From Tubiluchus corallicola (lineage: Eukaryota > Animalia > Priapulida), in assembly GCA_030141605.1 (NCBI GenBank), contig JAQGDQ010000236.1, forward strand, positions 186,001 through 250,000: DNA of 64,000 bases, written 5' to 3'. Position numbers and translations under genes: made by a program. Shown piece by piece: positions 1 to 13,000 of the stretch (position 1 is the stretch's first letter; each line of letters opens with the position of its first letter). Below the pieces are notes generated by a model, which ran no database searches, was not told the DNA's origin, and saw only the letters and a program-made list of their open reading frames with translations.

Positions 1-88
1 CTCGTCTGATCACCGAAGTTAAGCAATGCAGAACCTGGCCATTTCTTGGATGGGTGACTGCCTAGGAATACCAGGTGCTGTAGGCTTT
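1..88 (+). pseudogene. diverged 5S rRNA-like head (pol III type-1 internal promoter) of the SINE
   Basis: ctcgtctgatcaccgaagttaagca...cttggatgggtgactgcctaggaataccaggtgctgtaggcttt versus the canonical 5S 3' end. Box A- and box C-like motifs are present, with several substitutions and only TTT at the end. Confidence 0.8.
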
Positions 89-515
89 GCGGGATGCCCA
101 CACTGTATCTCAACACTAGGCAGAGGAGCTGCACAACCAGCCAACGGCTAGAGGGCGGAGGAGGTCATGTGACCCAACGGCCATGTGTAGAGGAGTAAGC
201 CTTCCAAATCAGGAGTGGAGCCCCGAAGGCGGACCAGTGCAGCATGCTCACTGACTCCGGGAGCTCCTGCAGCCAACTTGGTGCCAAACGTATTGCTCCG
301 CTTTCCTTTGGACTACACCAGGGAGGAAGAGAGGGGGTTCCTGTTGTCTGGGCAACTCAGGATCTCCGTACACCTTGCCCAGGCGTGCGCCCTGGAGACG
401 TTCGAGGATCGCACTGCTCAGCCCCAGTCGACGCTGCAGCTCCATCAATGTGATCAATAACTGACTCTCTTGGCGCACACTCCATTGTCTTCCGAGACAG
501 AAGGATGCCAACCAA
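1..515 (+). mobile_element. 5S rRNA-derived SINE (SINE3-type), 5' end cut by the window edge, in a Vav intron
   Basis: 1-88 aligns by eye to the 3' two-thirds of eukaryotic 5S rRNA, then runs without a T4+ terminator into ~430 bp of GC-rich body that contrasts with the AT-rich flank. It ends in an A/C-rich tail (gatgccaaccaatataac). Confidence 0.8.
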
Positions 516-864
516 TATAACACTACAAAATATTACAATCGATCATCAATTCTAATTGAAGGTTAATGATCGATCATAGAAATGAGATCGATTCCCAGTA
601 TTAATATAGGCAGTGTGCTAATGCATTGTAGTCGTGGGATGTGGTGTAGCTGTATCACAATGTACAGTTGGTAACAGTGTAAGAACCTGTTGCTGAATGT
701 TTACCATATAGTACATGCACTCTATGCATTTCTTCTATTATCTATATTTCTCCAAAATAAAAAAAAATCACACGTAGCACTCATGTAAACATATTATAAA
801 TAAGATTATAGTCTATTGGATTTTTTCACATGGCCTTTTTTAATTTTTAGAATATTTTTTCCAG

Positions 865-1043
865 GCTTTCACAGCGAGCTTCTGCGGGCTTACAATTACA
901 GCTCGCCATCATTCTCTGAGTGTTTCCTTAAGTGGCGGGACAAGTTTTTGGTTTACGGTGATTTTTGTTCTAATCTATCGCAAGCTCAGGAGCTCATTGA
1001 TGACCTGTGCGAGGCCAGGGAGTTGGTTCGACAAACAGTATTC
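865..1043 (+). CDS. VAV: Vav exon, DH domain
   Basis: ccag|GFHSELLRA...[29 protein letters not shown]...RQTVF|gtacgt. Confidence 0.88.
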
Positions 1044-4000
1044 GTACGTTTCATTGAATTATTTATTATCTTTTACCGGGCAGGTCCAACAGGTTTTAAA
1101 GCAGGTTTTAACATGACTGGTCAATGAATTTAAGCGGGTTCTCTGATGCTGCCTAACATATTTGTATTAGCAAGAGTAAAAACAAACTGTTGAAAATAGC
1201 ATTTTAATCATTTTTTCGTAAACATTAGTGTGTTATTACTTTTACGTAAAGGCTTACGTTTGAAAACAAGACGAAAAAACTATTAGAATTTTTGTATACG
1301 GTTGTGATTGCTAAACCTTTCTGGTCTTGCTTAATTCTCGTAGTTCTTGCTTTTTCTTTTGTTTTTGAAATTTGTGATCTGTGACACATGTACAAAAATT
1401 TATATTTAAATGTGTGGAAGTGTTTCTATATGTTCCTAATGCACAATATAATAGTCATTTGCTTTACTAAATGGTGACCCAACCTCTGCTGTCTCTCCCC
1501 TGTGAAATGTTATGTGCCAAAACCTCTGTTTTCTCTTGAATTTGCCCATTTAGTAGAACATTGATGAAATAGTATTATTTCTTGTTCACTGCCGCGTTGA
1601 AATTTCGACAGACGCGTGGTGTCCAAAAATTACTGCTTTCAATTTTCATGAACAGTAACCAAAAAATAATGTCAAGAGCTCTTTGAGCTTCATTAATATG
1701 CATATCATTCACGGACACGTGGAAACAGTCATTACGCATTATAGGTCACGGACCACGTATCACCTACCTTTACGCTATCTAAATAATTGCTTGCTAGTCA
1801 TATCTTTAGTTGCACACTAATGTTTTACAATATTTTTCGTACTAGCTCTAATTGCTACAGTGCAGTCTGAAAGTTGGTGTGCAGACATTGTTTTAAGATC
1901 TTACTCGTAGACATTGGCCTGGAAATGGAATGATTGTTTTCCTTCAAATTTTGAAAATGTTTTTGGAATTTAGCAGGCTGTGCTAAGTGAATTGTGTTTG
2001 GTGGGATATTAAAACTGACGTGTCTTCGTTTGTGTTGTTGTTTTAAGCTGCTGGCTTCATTAGTTAGTTCTAGATGCTTTTTATGATTTTGATTAATACG
2101 TATCTGTTTGGTGGCAATGGTATAATGGGGTGGTTGCTTGAGCCAGCAGGATTATTTGAGACAAAACTGGTAGTAAAGTTTATAAACCAGCACTGACTTT
2201 CGTTATATGATTATTAGTGTTGGTGATAATTTTATGTTATGTCCATTGTTATGCCTTATACCAGTTTTATCTCAAGTAATCTCTAATTATATCTAAGATC
2301 CTGCTGGCTTAAGTAACCCCATTATCATTTGTTACTTCATTAAACAGTTTAGTTCATTCTGTTAGGCAGAAAGCTATGCTTAGTACAATTGGGTGTGTTT
2401 CCTGCAAAATAGCTTTAAATGTCAAATATTTTACTTTTTCACATTAACAAGTATAATTTATGTCGGGATCATTCTTTTTGGATTTAACATTTTCCACTCT
2501 CTTTTGGGTTTAGTGTCAACAGCTTACTCATTTTTTTCTGTATATTTGAAACAAAACAGTTGTAAAATGATGAAAAAGAATGTTCGATTTCTAATTTTCA
2601 TCTGGACCACCAAAATTAGCTTGTCGCCACCTTGTTTTACACATATTCATTTCTTTCCTGTAATGTGATTGGCGAATGGGAAGTACAGAATTTGGGAGCT
2701 TCAACGATGCCAATAACTAATTGTAATTTAAACATCAAGGTATTTTAATGTAATGTAATTTAATATTTGGGTTACAAGATTTTAGTAAACTTATTATTAT
2801 TAACTACTTTTAACTAGCTCCTCACTTCGAACTATCAAACGAATTCACCCACATGTAGTTACACCAAGGTAGTCTGCCATTCCCTTGGACAGACTGACAA
2901 ATTTGTAATTTGCTAGCAGTTATAATGAGACAATTATGTTTGCTGTTTTTGCAGAGAGGATTGATGCTTGAAACCTTTGCTCGCAATAAATTTTTTATTT
3001 TACTTCAAAAATGGTAGACTTTTGCATTGGTGTAATGACCAATTTTAATCACAAATGTTTTATTGCCATTAAAAAGATTGTCGGTCAGTTGGAGCTAGTC
3101 GGACAGTTGGTCTACGAATTAACATGGATTTTGCCAAAAGATCTGCAGCCTTATTCAAATGTATAAAAGCATTGGCCTTACTGTAGGCGTACTACTAATT
3201 TCTGCTATAGTAACTTTAAACTGGATTTCTTTCTTGATGATTTTCTAACACAACTTTAATTTTCTCTGACATTCACATCTGTAATGTAATATATAGGAGA
3301 GTGCTGCTGCAGAGATTTCTTATGCCGATGCAGCAGTGTTCAACACCCTGCTTGGCCGATTTAACAGTGCTCTCAAAGCATACTTTTGCAATAGTGGCAC
3401 CACATTGTAGCTTTTGTCTTTGTGTACCTGGATAAGGCAGATAATAATAAATACATTTTATTTAAATGTGGCATAGAGAGTGTTTATTATTTCTTATTAC
3501 CTTTAGGCGGCCAAAGAGTTTACATATTTTCTGAGGAAAAAGCACCTGTTGTGATGAAACATCTGTTTGGCTAATTATCTTAAGTTTCAAGTTGTCTACA
3601 CGTTTATTCTGAAATACATGTGTTTAATTTGCTAGCAGTTTTATTGTAATAACTGTGCTAAAGTTTTTTTTTTTTGCTTTGCAGTTTTATTTATTAACAT
3701 TTTAATGTATTTTTTCATTTGGCATCATTCTAGCTTAGGTACTCGGCTTTTGTCCAAGCCTGTCACCAGACAATCGTTTCGTCGAACATTACTCCTCCCG
3801 TTAGTGATTGTTCCGTATGATTTTTTGTTGTACATGGTGGTCTGTCACCGTTTTATGTTTTCGTCACTGCACCAAATCGTGTGTTGTGGTTAAGTCAGCA
3901 ATTTTTTTGGATAAATACAATATTTTGAAGATTTTTGTTAATCATGTTGAGAATGCAGTTTCTCAAACGATGTGGTTTTGGAATAAGAAAAAAAAATGGC

Positions 4001-7000
4001 TGCATATAAGAACTTTGATAAAAGAAGCAATTTTGAAACAGAAATATTTTAGTTCATACAAGCTAAACTTTCTGGAAAATAAGGTTGATAAATTATTGAT
4101 TTTCTATGATCTCTTTACACCAAGACATTAGTGATTGATGTCGTATTAAAGTCAGCTTGTCAGAGCAGTGAGTACTGGCTTAGACAACTATCTTTTAGCT
4201 ATTAAAACTGAAGCATTAGACAAATATCGCCTTTTTTGGTTTGGTTACGTTTGCTTATTTGCGTTATTTTTCTTCTATAAGAACTCCTGCATTTTTGCCA
4301 ACAAAATTTGGTGATGTGTATTCACTGTGTTTACAGATTCATTTTAAAATTGAGAATTTTCCATTTTATAGTATATTTGAATTTTGGTAAAATGAATTAA
4401 TTATTTTGCTGTCTGAGCAGAATGAAATATTAATACAGATTATAAAAGTTTTTATATGATACAAAAGTTGTGAACTTATAATAGCAATTCTCCTTAAAAT
4501 GGAAAAAATGATGAGTTTGAAAAGGGAATTACAAAGTGCAGACAAGAAACTTGTTTTTCAGCTGTACTTGCTTAGCAAATGACTTTTGAATATTGTATTT
4601 ATTGATAGCCTTTATTGCTTTATATTTTCACGGTCAAAGGAAAATGACACGTTTCAGTTGTTCATTGTAACTACTTGAAATGTATTGGGATTTGATATGC
4701 ACTATTTTCTATCTAGTTTTCCTTAAAATGTATGTCGTCAAGACTTTTCTTTTTTGTGCTATTATTAAGCTATGGCATTGAGTATCTGGTGTGGCATTGA
4801 AAAGCAGAAACAGAATAATGTGAAGTTATCAAAATCCTAGTAGTTTTTGATGCAGAGGTTATTCTTGTCTCTTATGCATGTTGTTCTTGCATGTCTTTTC
4901 TTCATGGCCGTAATTTTTTTTTCTGTTCAGTAGTAAATTTCTTCACCTCTCAGTTGTAAGAGATTTGCACTAGCTACTATGAAGCTGCCTCTCTATCTTT
5001 ATGGAAAATCTTGCATTAATCTTACACAGTATCTAGTTTGTTTCGTACAATACATTCTACAATAAACCTTCATTACTAGTTTTGTAACCTTAAATTTTAA
5101 CCTTTATTTTATGATGAAGAGATCCAAAAGGTAATAAAAAACAGTATACGCACAATATCTCGGTTTGCCAACCAGGGGAGACGTCGGTCCGAATTTACCG
5201 ATTGTCCGTATTTAGCGATATTAAGCTAAGACAGTATGTGTCGTGTATTAGACTCACGGTAATGTAGAATCAATTACCTAATTGTTTAAAAAACGTCTAT
5301 GCAAAGGTATATAAAATCTCTCAGCAATTGACTCAAATAACTCCTCATAATTGGCTCTATATTTTTATACATAGAGATATACATGTGGTTACACTGATGT
5401 AATGATGTAAACAAAGTGACGGGGCCCTCCAATTAGCAGTCAGCTCGCGAAACAATGGACTGTGTCTGTAGTACGCGGGACTTTTTAATGGTCCAGATTT
5501 TGTCCGATTCTTCTGATATCTGTAAAAGCGAGGTTCGGCCAACCGAGATATGAGTGTATCTTCAAATGCCTTTAAATATCTGTTAATGTTGTGACAAATA
5601 TATACATCTGCAGAGTAATGCACCAAGGTGTTTTCAGGATATATTTGCTACATTTACAACTAAAAATGTCTTACCCTAGTCCGTTATTTTTTTAGTGATG
5701 AAATGTTTTTTTAGGATGATCTAACACTATAATAATGATTTTTGAATTTTTTACTGCTGGTACTTTAGAATTGTCAAGAGAAGGCCAATGGTGGGCGGTT
5801 CAAGTTGCGGGACCTGCTGTCAGTCCCCATGCAACGTGTACTAAAGTATCACTTATTATTGAGGGTTTGTATTTTTCACACTTGTTTTGATTCGCACAAA
5901 TCCGCTATTTTCAAGCCTTAGCATTTGAAAGGTTACAGTGTAACTAAAACAGATCATAAACAAAGTTGGTTAACCTTTTACAAAACAAAACAATTCTGAA
6001 TAGATGCATATTTTTTATAAATGAATACACAGAAGAAACTTTTGTAATGTAGGTTATATGTTGATGAAAATGAGTTGTACGCAGAATAACTAAATTAATC
6101 GGCAGCTGCTATAAATTAATTGATAAACTTGTCAAAATACAGTTCTGATTAATAAGGGGCAACTTTACCTTCCCAAGAAGCATGTAGCTGATGTTAATTA
6201 CTGTTCAACTTTTTCTGGGCCATAAAAATTTGTGAGAGTTCACAAAAATTTGCTCTCACTAAGCACCATTTACATTACATTTGATAATTTTTGTAGGTTT
6301 ATCCTCAAACAATGGGCTTTCATGCAAAATTATGTATTTTGTGCAATTCTTACCTTAGACAAATTGAAAATCGATTTTTGACAAAAAAATCAAAAAAGTT
6401 TTCAGTAACTGCAGTATTTGTACTGTAACAACGTCAGCATAACTTGCGTGAAATTGGCTAATGCAAAAAATTTCAGCTCTCCATACACTACACTCTGATG
6501 TACGAGTACTTTGGCCTCAAGCCTAATCTATTTTGAAGGAGAAATTCCTGTTAAAAGATGAAATGACCTTAATTTTCCTTGACTGACCATTTGGTTTTTC
6601 CTGGAACTTTGCACAGCTGCTGGTTCTCTTGGGCTGTAGCAAGCAGGCGATCAATAAAATAGTGTATACGATCACGCAAATGTACACCAGACTAAGCTAC
6701 TCAATAGGCTACATTGGAGTGCCTGAAAAGGGCGCGTTTTTCTTAATTTTATCCAATTAAATCACTTATAAATGTTTAAACAAATAGTTCGATTGGGTAG
6801 CCGATATTCTTCTGAATTGAACAGTACCTAATTTGTAATCATTTAGCTATGTCTGTGCTAATACAGTAGCTGAAAAGTTATAGGTCTTATAAGACCTATT
6901 TTGAATGGTGCAGTGCTGAAGGAGTTACTAATGTTTTGTTAATCTATTTCAGAGTGAGACATTGATATATGAATTCTTTGCTATTGAGTCATGAGAGCAT

Positions 7001-10000
7001 GGTCTTGTTTTCATTTTTTTAATTAAGGAAGAAAATTTGTTTACGAAGATCTGTGTATGTTATTTATTTTGTTGATTATTTGTGTTTACAGGAGCTAATT
7101 AAGCAGACGCCAGAAGACAGTGACGAAAGGCCTGAATTACAGAGAGCATTAGATGCTTTATTAGATCTGTCCTTGTACATCAACGAAGTTAAGCGTGATA
7201 ATGAAACACTGGAAATTATACTTGAAATCCAAAACAACATTACTGATCTAGTCATGGTAAGTTGTCTTATAGAATTAATGCTCCTTTCTGTTGCTGGTTT
7301 TATATCTTTGTTTTGTGTTAAGTTGTTGTGCCTGCCACCTCGTCTGTTTATATTCTCTTAGCTAATCGGCCATTGTGTCAATTTTCCTAACTTCTTTGTG
7401 TTTTATTACTAATCAGTCAGGAATCAGTTGGTTTCATTTATGCTGTAGATTCACACCAACATAAATGGTTACTATTTAATATAGGTTTAATGTTATACCT
7501 GTAAACTTAAAACAGTAGAATTATAATTTATTCGTGTAAAACTGCGACATAAATGGGAGTAAGCAGTGAAAATGCTTTGAATGCAGTAAATTCATTGCAA
7601 TAAATTGTACAAACTTACAAAAGACGCTGTGATGATGGTAAAACAGGTAAATCCCTCCAATGCAGTACACTGAGATTCGCTAAGTGAGCAAAAATAAGAG
7701 ACACTTTTTTCTGTTTCAGCCTGAAGGCTTGGAGTTAAAAGATTACGGACACTTTTTGAAAGACGGAGAATTAAGGATAAAATCCCATGCTGACAACCGG
7801 ATAAAGAACAGGTTTTCTGTATAGTTTTCCTGTAAACTAGGGAATTTTCCTGCATCCGTCTGTGGTAGAATAAACTAATTTGTATATGAACACCTTTATC
7901 AGAGCTAGTAACAATGATTTGCTCAGAATATTATTAGCATTACTGGTGTCAATTTTGTGTGGTAAATTAAATTCATAACAATTTGTATTTGTGCATTGTA
8001 GATATGTTTTCTTATTTGACAAAGTGCTGTTGATGTGTAAACCAACTAGAGGCCAATTTTACAGCTACAAGGAGGCCATTATATTAGCTCACTACAGTAT
8101 TCAGGAGCAAACAGCTAATTTGAAAAGGGACAAGGTAGACATTAATATTTTGTTTGATTACAGTGTAATAGCAATAACTGTTTTAAGCCCTACAAAACTA
8201 GTTTGCTCATAAAATAGGATTTTAATCAATAATGCGCGAACATTGCACACAGTGATTGTTTACTACTCTTAGGCCTTAACGATCCTAATATGTTGATATA
8301 TATAGTGTATTTGCTGATTGAAGCCAGCTTGCATGCAAAGATTATAAGCAAAGTATTCATCGATGATGTCACAGGAATGGCTATGTGCCCTATAATTTCC
8401 AAGTGGAAAATCTTTGAAATGCAAACTGGAACTAAACTACAGTCATTCGTTCCGGTGCAGGTTTTTTTTAGAAAAACCTGTATGTCTTGTAGCCCCATTC
8501 CTTCCAATAAGCTATCCAATGCCTGTATGTCTTGTAGCCCATTCCTTCCAATAAGCTATCCAATGCCTGTATGTCTTACAGCCCCATTCCTTCCAATAAG
8601 CTAAGCTATCCAATGCTTGTATGTCTTACAGCCCCATTCCTTCCAATAAGCTAAACTATCCAATGCCTGTATGTCTTACAGCCCCATTCCTTCCAATAAG
8701 CTAAGCTATCCAATGCCTGTATGTCTTACAGCCCCATTCCTTCCAATAAGCTAAGCTATCCAATGCCTGTATGTCTTACAGCCCCATTCCTTCCAATAAG
8801 CTATCAAATGCCTGTATGTCTTGTAGCCCCATTCCTTCCAATAAGCTATCAAATGCCATTTAAAACACCTATGAAATGTTCTGCATTCAGTTATCTGTCC
8901 ATAGCCAAAAAGGTAAGAAAAAATTTGGTGCGTGGATTTGGGAATACGATTTTTGCAGAAAGCCCAAAGCTTTCCACAAAATACAAATTGGTGTGCTACA
9001 CTCATGATTGAATGTACAATGTCACAGTTATGGGCTGGTCTAAGTTTATGAGTATATGTTTACGAACAAATGGATCTCGCCCTCTCTCTTAGGACACACG
9101 ATGATCGGATTTGAAAAACAAGCTTTTGTTATTTCCATAGTAGATCGAGACTGTCATTTGATGTGCGGATCTTCAGCTTTTATTACGAAATCAGAAACAG
9201 TTATGAAATGCACTACAGACTGGTATCACCAACAGTTGTGAAAGAAGTCTTCAACTCTGATTTTTATTTGAAAGCATTATGAGATGCAAAGACTCATTCA
9301 GAATGCATTTATTCACTGGGTAAAATGACCACTAAAACGTGAGCTGGTTGCATTATGAAGTTAATTTGATAAAATGTCTGACAGCTAATTTATTTATTGT
9401 GATTTCGCGAGTGATATTTTATATGCTGATAATCCATAGATTCTGAAAATGACATTTTTAATTTGTTTGTTTTGTAGTGGAGTTATTGCTGGGTGATGTA
9501 TGAGAAACAAAAGACCATGGCATATCATATGTACGCAAAAACTGAAGAAGTCAAACGAAAGTGGATTGAAGCAATTCAGTTAGCACAGTGAGTCAATTTC
9601 ACATTATGAAAATGTAACATATGAAAACTGATGCAGACATGTCGCTAAAGAGAGAAAGTGATAAGCATGCCAAACTAAGGAATGCAAGTCATGTGGTATT
9701 AAAAAATGAGAGACAGTCTTGTGTTTTGGACAAATTATGAACTTGGATCATCCAGGAAATACAAAAGAGAAAAGCAAACGATGGATCTATCTTTTTAAAA
9801 TTTGTTTGTGTAATTGTCATTATCAATCGAGAATTTTTGTCTAAAATGACTGTGTACTCATGGTGGGACTGACTAATCGATTAGTGCTTTTATTTACGAT
9901 TGGCGATTTTTTTTTGAAGTCCGAACACAAATCTATGGCATTACCAATACCATTTGCATTTATTTTTAGAAAGAACCACAAAAATTGCACAATAAACAAG

Positions 10001-13000
10001 CCGTGAAATCAAGCAATATGCCACTACCTTTACACGGTAACTGGCGATGTTTGCTTAGATGTTGCAGTTTCTTGTAAGAGTGAATAATAAATTTTGTCAA
10101 AGCTTGTGAATTACTACTATAAGGTGTGCACCTACTTTCTTGTAAAATAGCAGGAAATGGTATTTCCTATTCTGGCGGTTTCACAACAATGGACACTACA
10201 AAGGTTATACATTTTTGCCATGTGTTTACATTGTTTGCTTGTTTGTTTGCTGCTGTTATTTAGTAAATGTCTGAATTGTTTTTGCAGAGATAATACGCAT
10301 CCAGCTGACTTGAGCATCACAAATCACAAATTTCAACTCCATTCATTTGATCGGCCAACTGTTTGTACGGTTTGTCGAAAATTGTTACGGTAAGAATCAG
10401 ACGGGTGGAGTTTTGCATTTTATGACAATTTACCCGTAAGATACTTCTCTGCTGTGTAACTTATTTCTTTAACCCTTTCAGTCCCAAATTACTTTTTTAA
10501 TAAGAAAAAATTTTTTGGTTTGGTACTTTTGTTCAGTATGTCCATCTTGTTTACACATAATTGTTTTTTTCTATCTGTGCCCGCGTGCTAAACAAAGCCT
10601 GTATCCCGCAGGATACATTGGGATTCAATGGAAGCATAAAATGTGCTTCATTTTGCAACTGCTGATAATTTTTTAAAGTATTTAAGACATTTAGTATGCA
10701 TGCTATGCTGATCTGTACAAAGTCATCTCTAAAGTACTGTACCTTGCGCAGTTTTTTATGCTATGTAGATTTTCTAGTTTGCCATTTTATCACCATTTTT
10801 AGTCTATTGTTATTGGCTTAAATCAAAAATAACTATTAACATATCAAATAACTATCAGTTTTAAAATTTTATTAATTTTGAAGGCAGAACATATATTCTC
10901 GAATCCCACGGGATACAACGGGTATGAAAGGGTTAAACTCCAGGTTACTGCATCACTGTTCCCGTCTTGATCACATTCTGTCAAGACAACTGATCAGGAA
11001 GTCAAACAACAGTTATTAGATAACAATATGTAATGGACACTGTGCCTTAGTGCAATGCCTACTGCATTGTTACGGCAAACCAGTTTATTTTCAATGTTTC
11101 ACATACATCTATATTTGCAAAAAGGCAGAAATGGATAAAAGCTTGATCTGCAATAAGTTTCTTAATTAAATTAGTTAAATAAATTCTCTTTCTTGTTGTA
11201 ATACCTATACACAGCTATTGGCTCGTTTTGGCTTAACTTACAGAAGGATCAGTTTCCTAGCAGGCAGGTATAATAGAAGAGCACAATATTAATACAATAA
11301 TAGTGACGTTGCTTTTCACACCATTTCAATGTCAAATATGGGCAAATAATCTACAATGGGGATTTACTTTCTAATTACATATAAGTTACTATTTATATAT
11401 TTTCTGTGTAAGTGTAAAAAGTGGTTGATTCTTGACATAACAAATTTCATAATAATATTAGTTATTTCTCCATTCATTTACATCTTATTGTTTCAAATCT
11501 TGAAAAACTGAATTTTCAACGTCATACTTGTGCAAGTGATTTTCATTACATGATTTAATCAATTTCTTAGGGGAACATTTTGCCAAGGTTATAAATGCTT
11601 GATTACGATGTGTGAAGCGGCTGTCCACAAAGAATGCATTCTGGGTAGTAGATGCGGTCGACCTCGGTCAAATCCTTCACCAGGGCCAATAGTCTTGCGT
11701 CCCCCTCAAAATCATTTAGGTAACTATATCATGCTCAAAATTAGTACAAAACTGTCTTAAGTAAATGTTCTGTCTAATAGGCTGTAAAGCATTAACTAAG
11801 TTGACAGTAACGATCTTCGTAAGGCATATAACATGTTGTGTGAGACACGTGAGAAAATACTACCATTGGCCTGGTGGTGGCTTAAGGTATTAAATGAATG
11901 ATGCTTCGGAGGCAAGTTTTAAATGCTATCAGATATTTTTTCTGCATAAGATGTTCCCCGGCACAACTACAATAATGAAAATGTAATTTTAATCTCTGTG
12001 TGTAAATTAATGCCAAATGTGTCAGGATATGTGTAAGTGTAAATTTATAAGCCTTGCTGTAATTAACTCCCTGGTGGAAAGTGAAAGATTACATCAACAA
12101 ACTCTAACCTATGCCCAGTATGGTCTCACTCTGTCGTATGTGCCATATTGTCACACTGAACTTTTTGTCCATGTTAGAGTTTAATTTTTGAAAAAGTACT
12201 TTTCTCTAGTGTTTAACCATATCAGTAGCGCACAGCTGATTTCTTACATTTAAACCGTGGTCAATGAATAACCAGAACCATGTTAGAATCAGTTTATTGA
12301 AATGTGGTTTGACAGTGATAACGGCTATTGAGTGTTTGTTTTCTGCTTCCAGGAGAATATAGAGTAATCAAATCCTACCATTCACAATTATCTGGTCATT
12401 TAGTATTAGAAGATGGTGATCAGGTGTTGTTAATGAGTAACAATGAGTCGGCAGGTTTATGGCGTGGTCACTGTTTGCGTAGTGGACACCAAGGTCTCTT
12501 TCCACGTGGACATGTAGAACAGGTATAGCAATTTATAAATGTTTACTTGTTTTGTTTTTCACTTCTGATAACTAAGGTTATTTTTGGACCAGTTAAGTAT
12601 AGCAACCAAAAAGGTAAGAACAGAAGGTATATGTACATTAATTTTGTAGTGTTCAAAGTATCTCCTTTTAACACCGTAACAAGGCTACTATCTTCACTAT
12701 GCCTATTTGTATTTAATCTCTTTCTTGTCAGTCTTCTGCTTGTTTACTTATTCATAACTTGTGTTCCAATCTTACGAAAGAAGAACTGTACTGCAAAAGT
12801 GCTTAAATACATGGTGAAAAGTGTAGTATGTCTGTAGAAGTGCTTAAAAACATGTTGCAAAGTGCAGTATGTCTGTACTGTAGAAGTGCTTAAAAACATG
12901 GTGAAAAGTGTAGTATGTCTGTAGTGTAGAAGTGCTTAAAAACATTTTGAAAAGTGTAGTATGTCTGTACTGTAGAAGTGCTTAAAACATTGTGAAAAGT

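Noticed and set aside
1-88. functional 5S rRNA gene
   Set aside because: It has multiple substitutions, no T4+ terminator and is fused to a SINE-like body.
215-523. short ORFs in the GC-rich region
   Set aside because: They lie in the SINE body, have no recognisable motifs and are expected from GC content.
6150-6920. possible degenerate DNA-transposon relic
   Set aside because: Terminal repeats and target duplication are too decayed to define.
9095-9262. possible intronic C/D snoRNA (cgatga...ctga)
   Set aside because: Imperfect C box, no terminal stem and no recognisable guide sequence.
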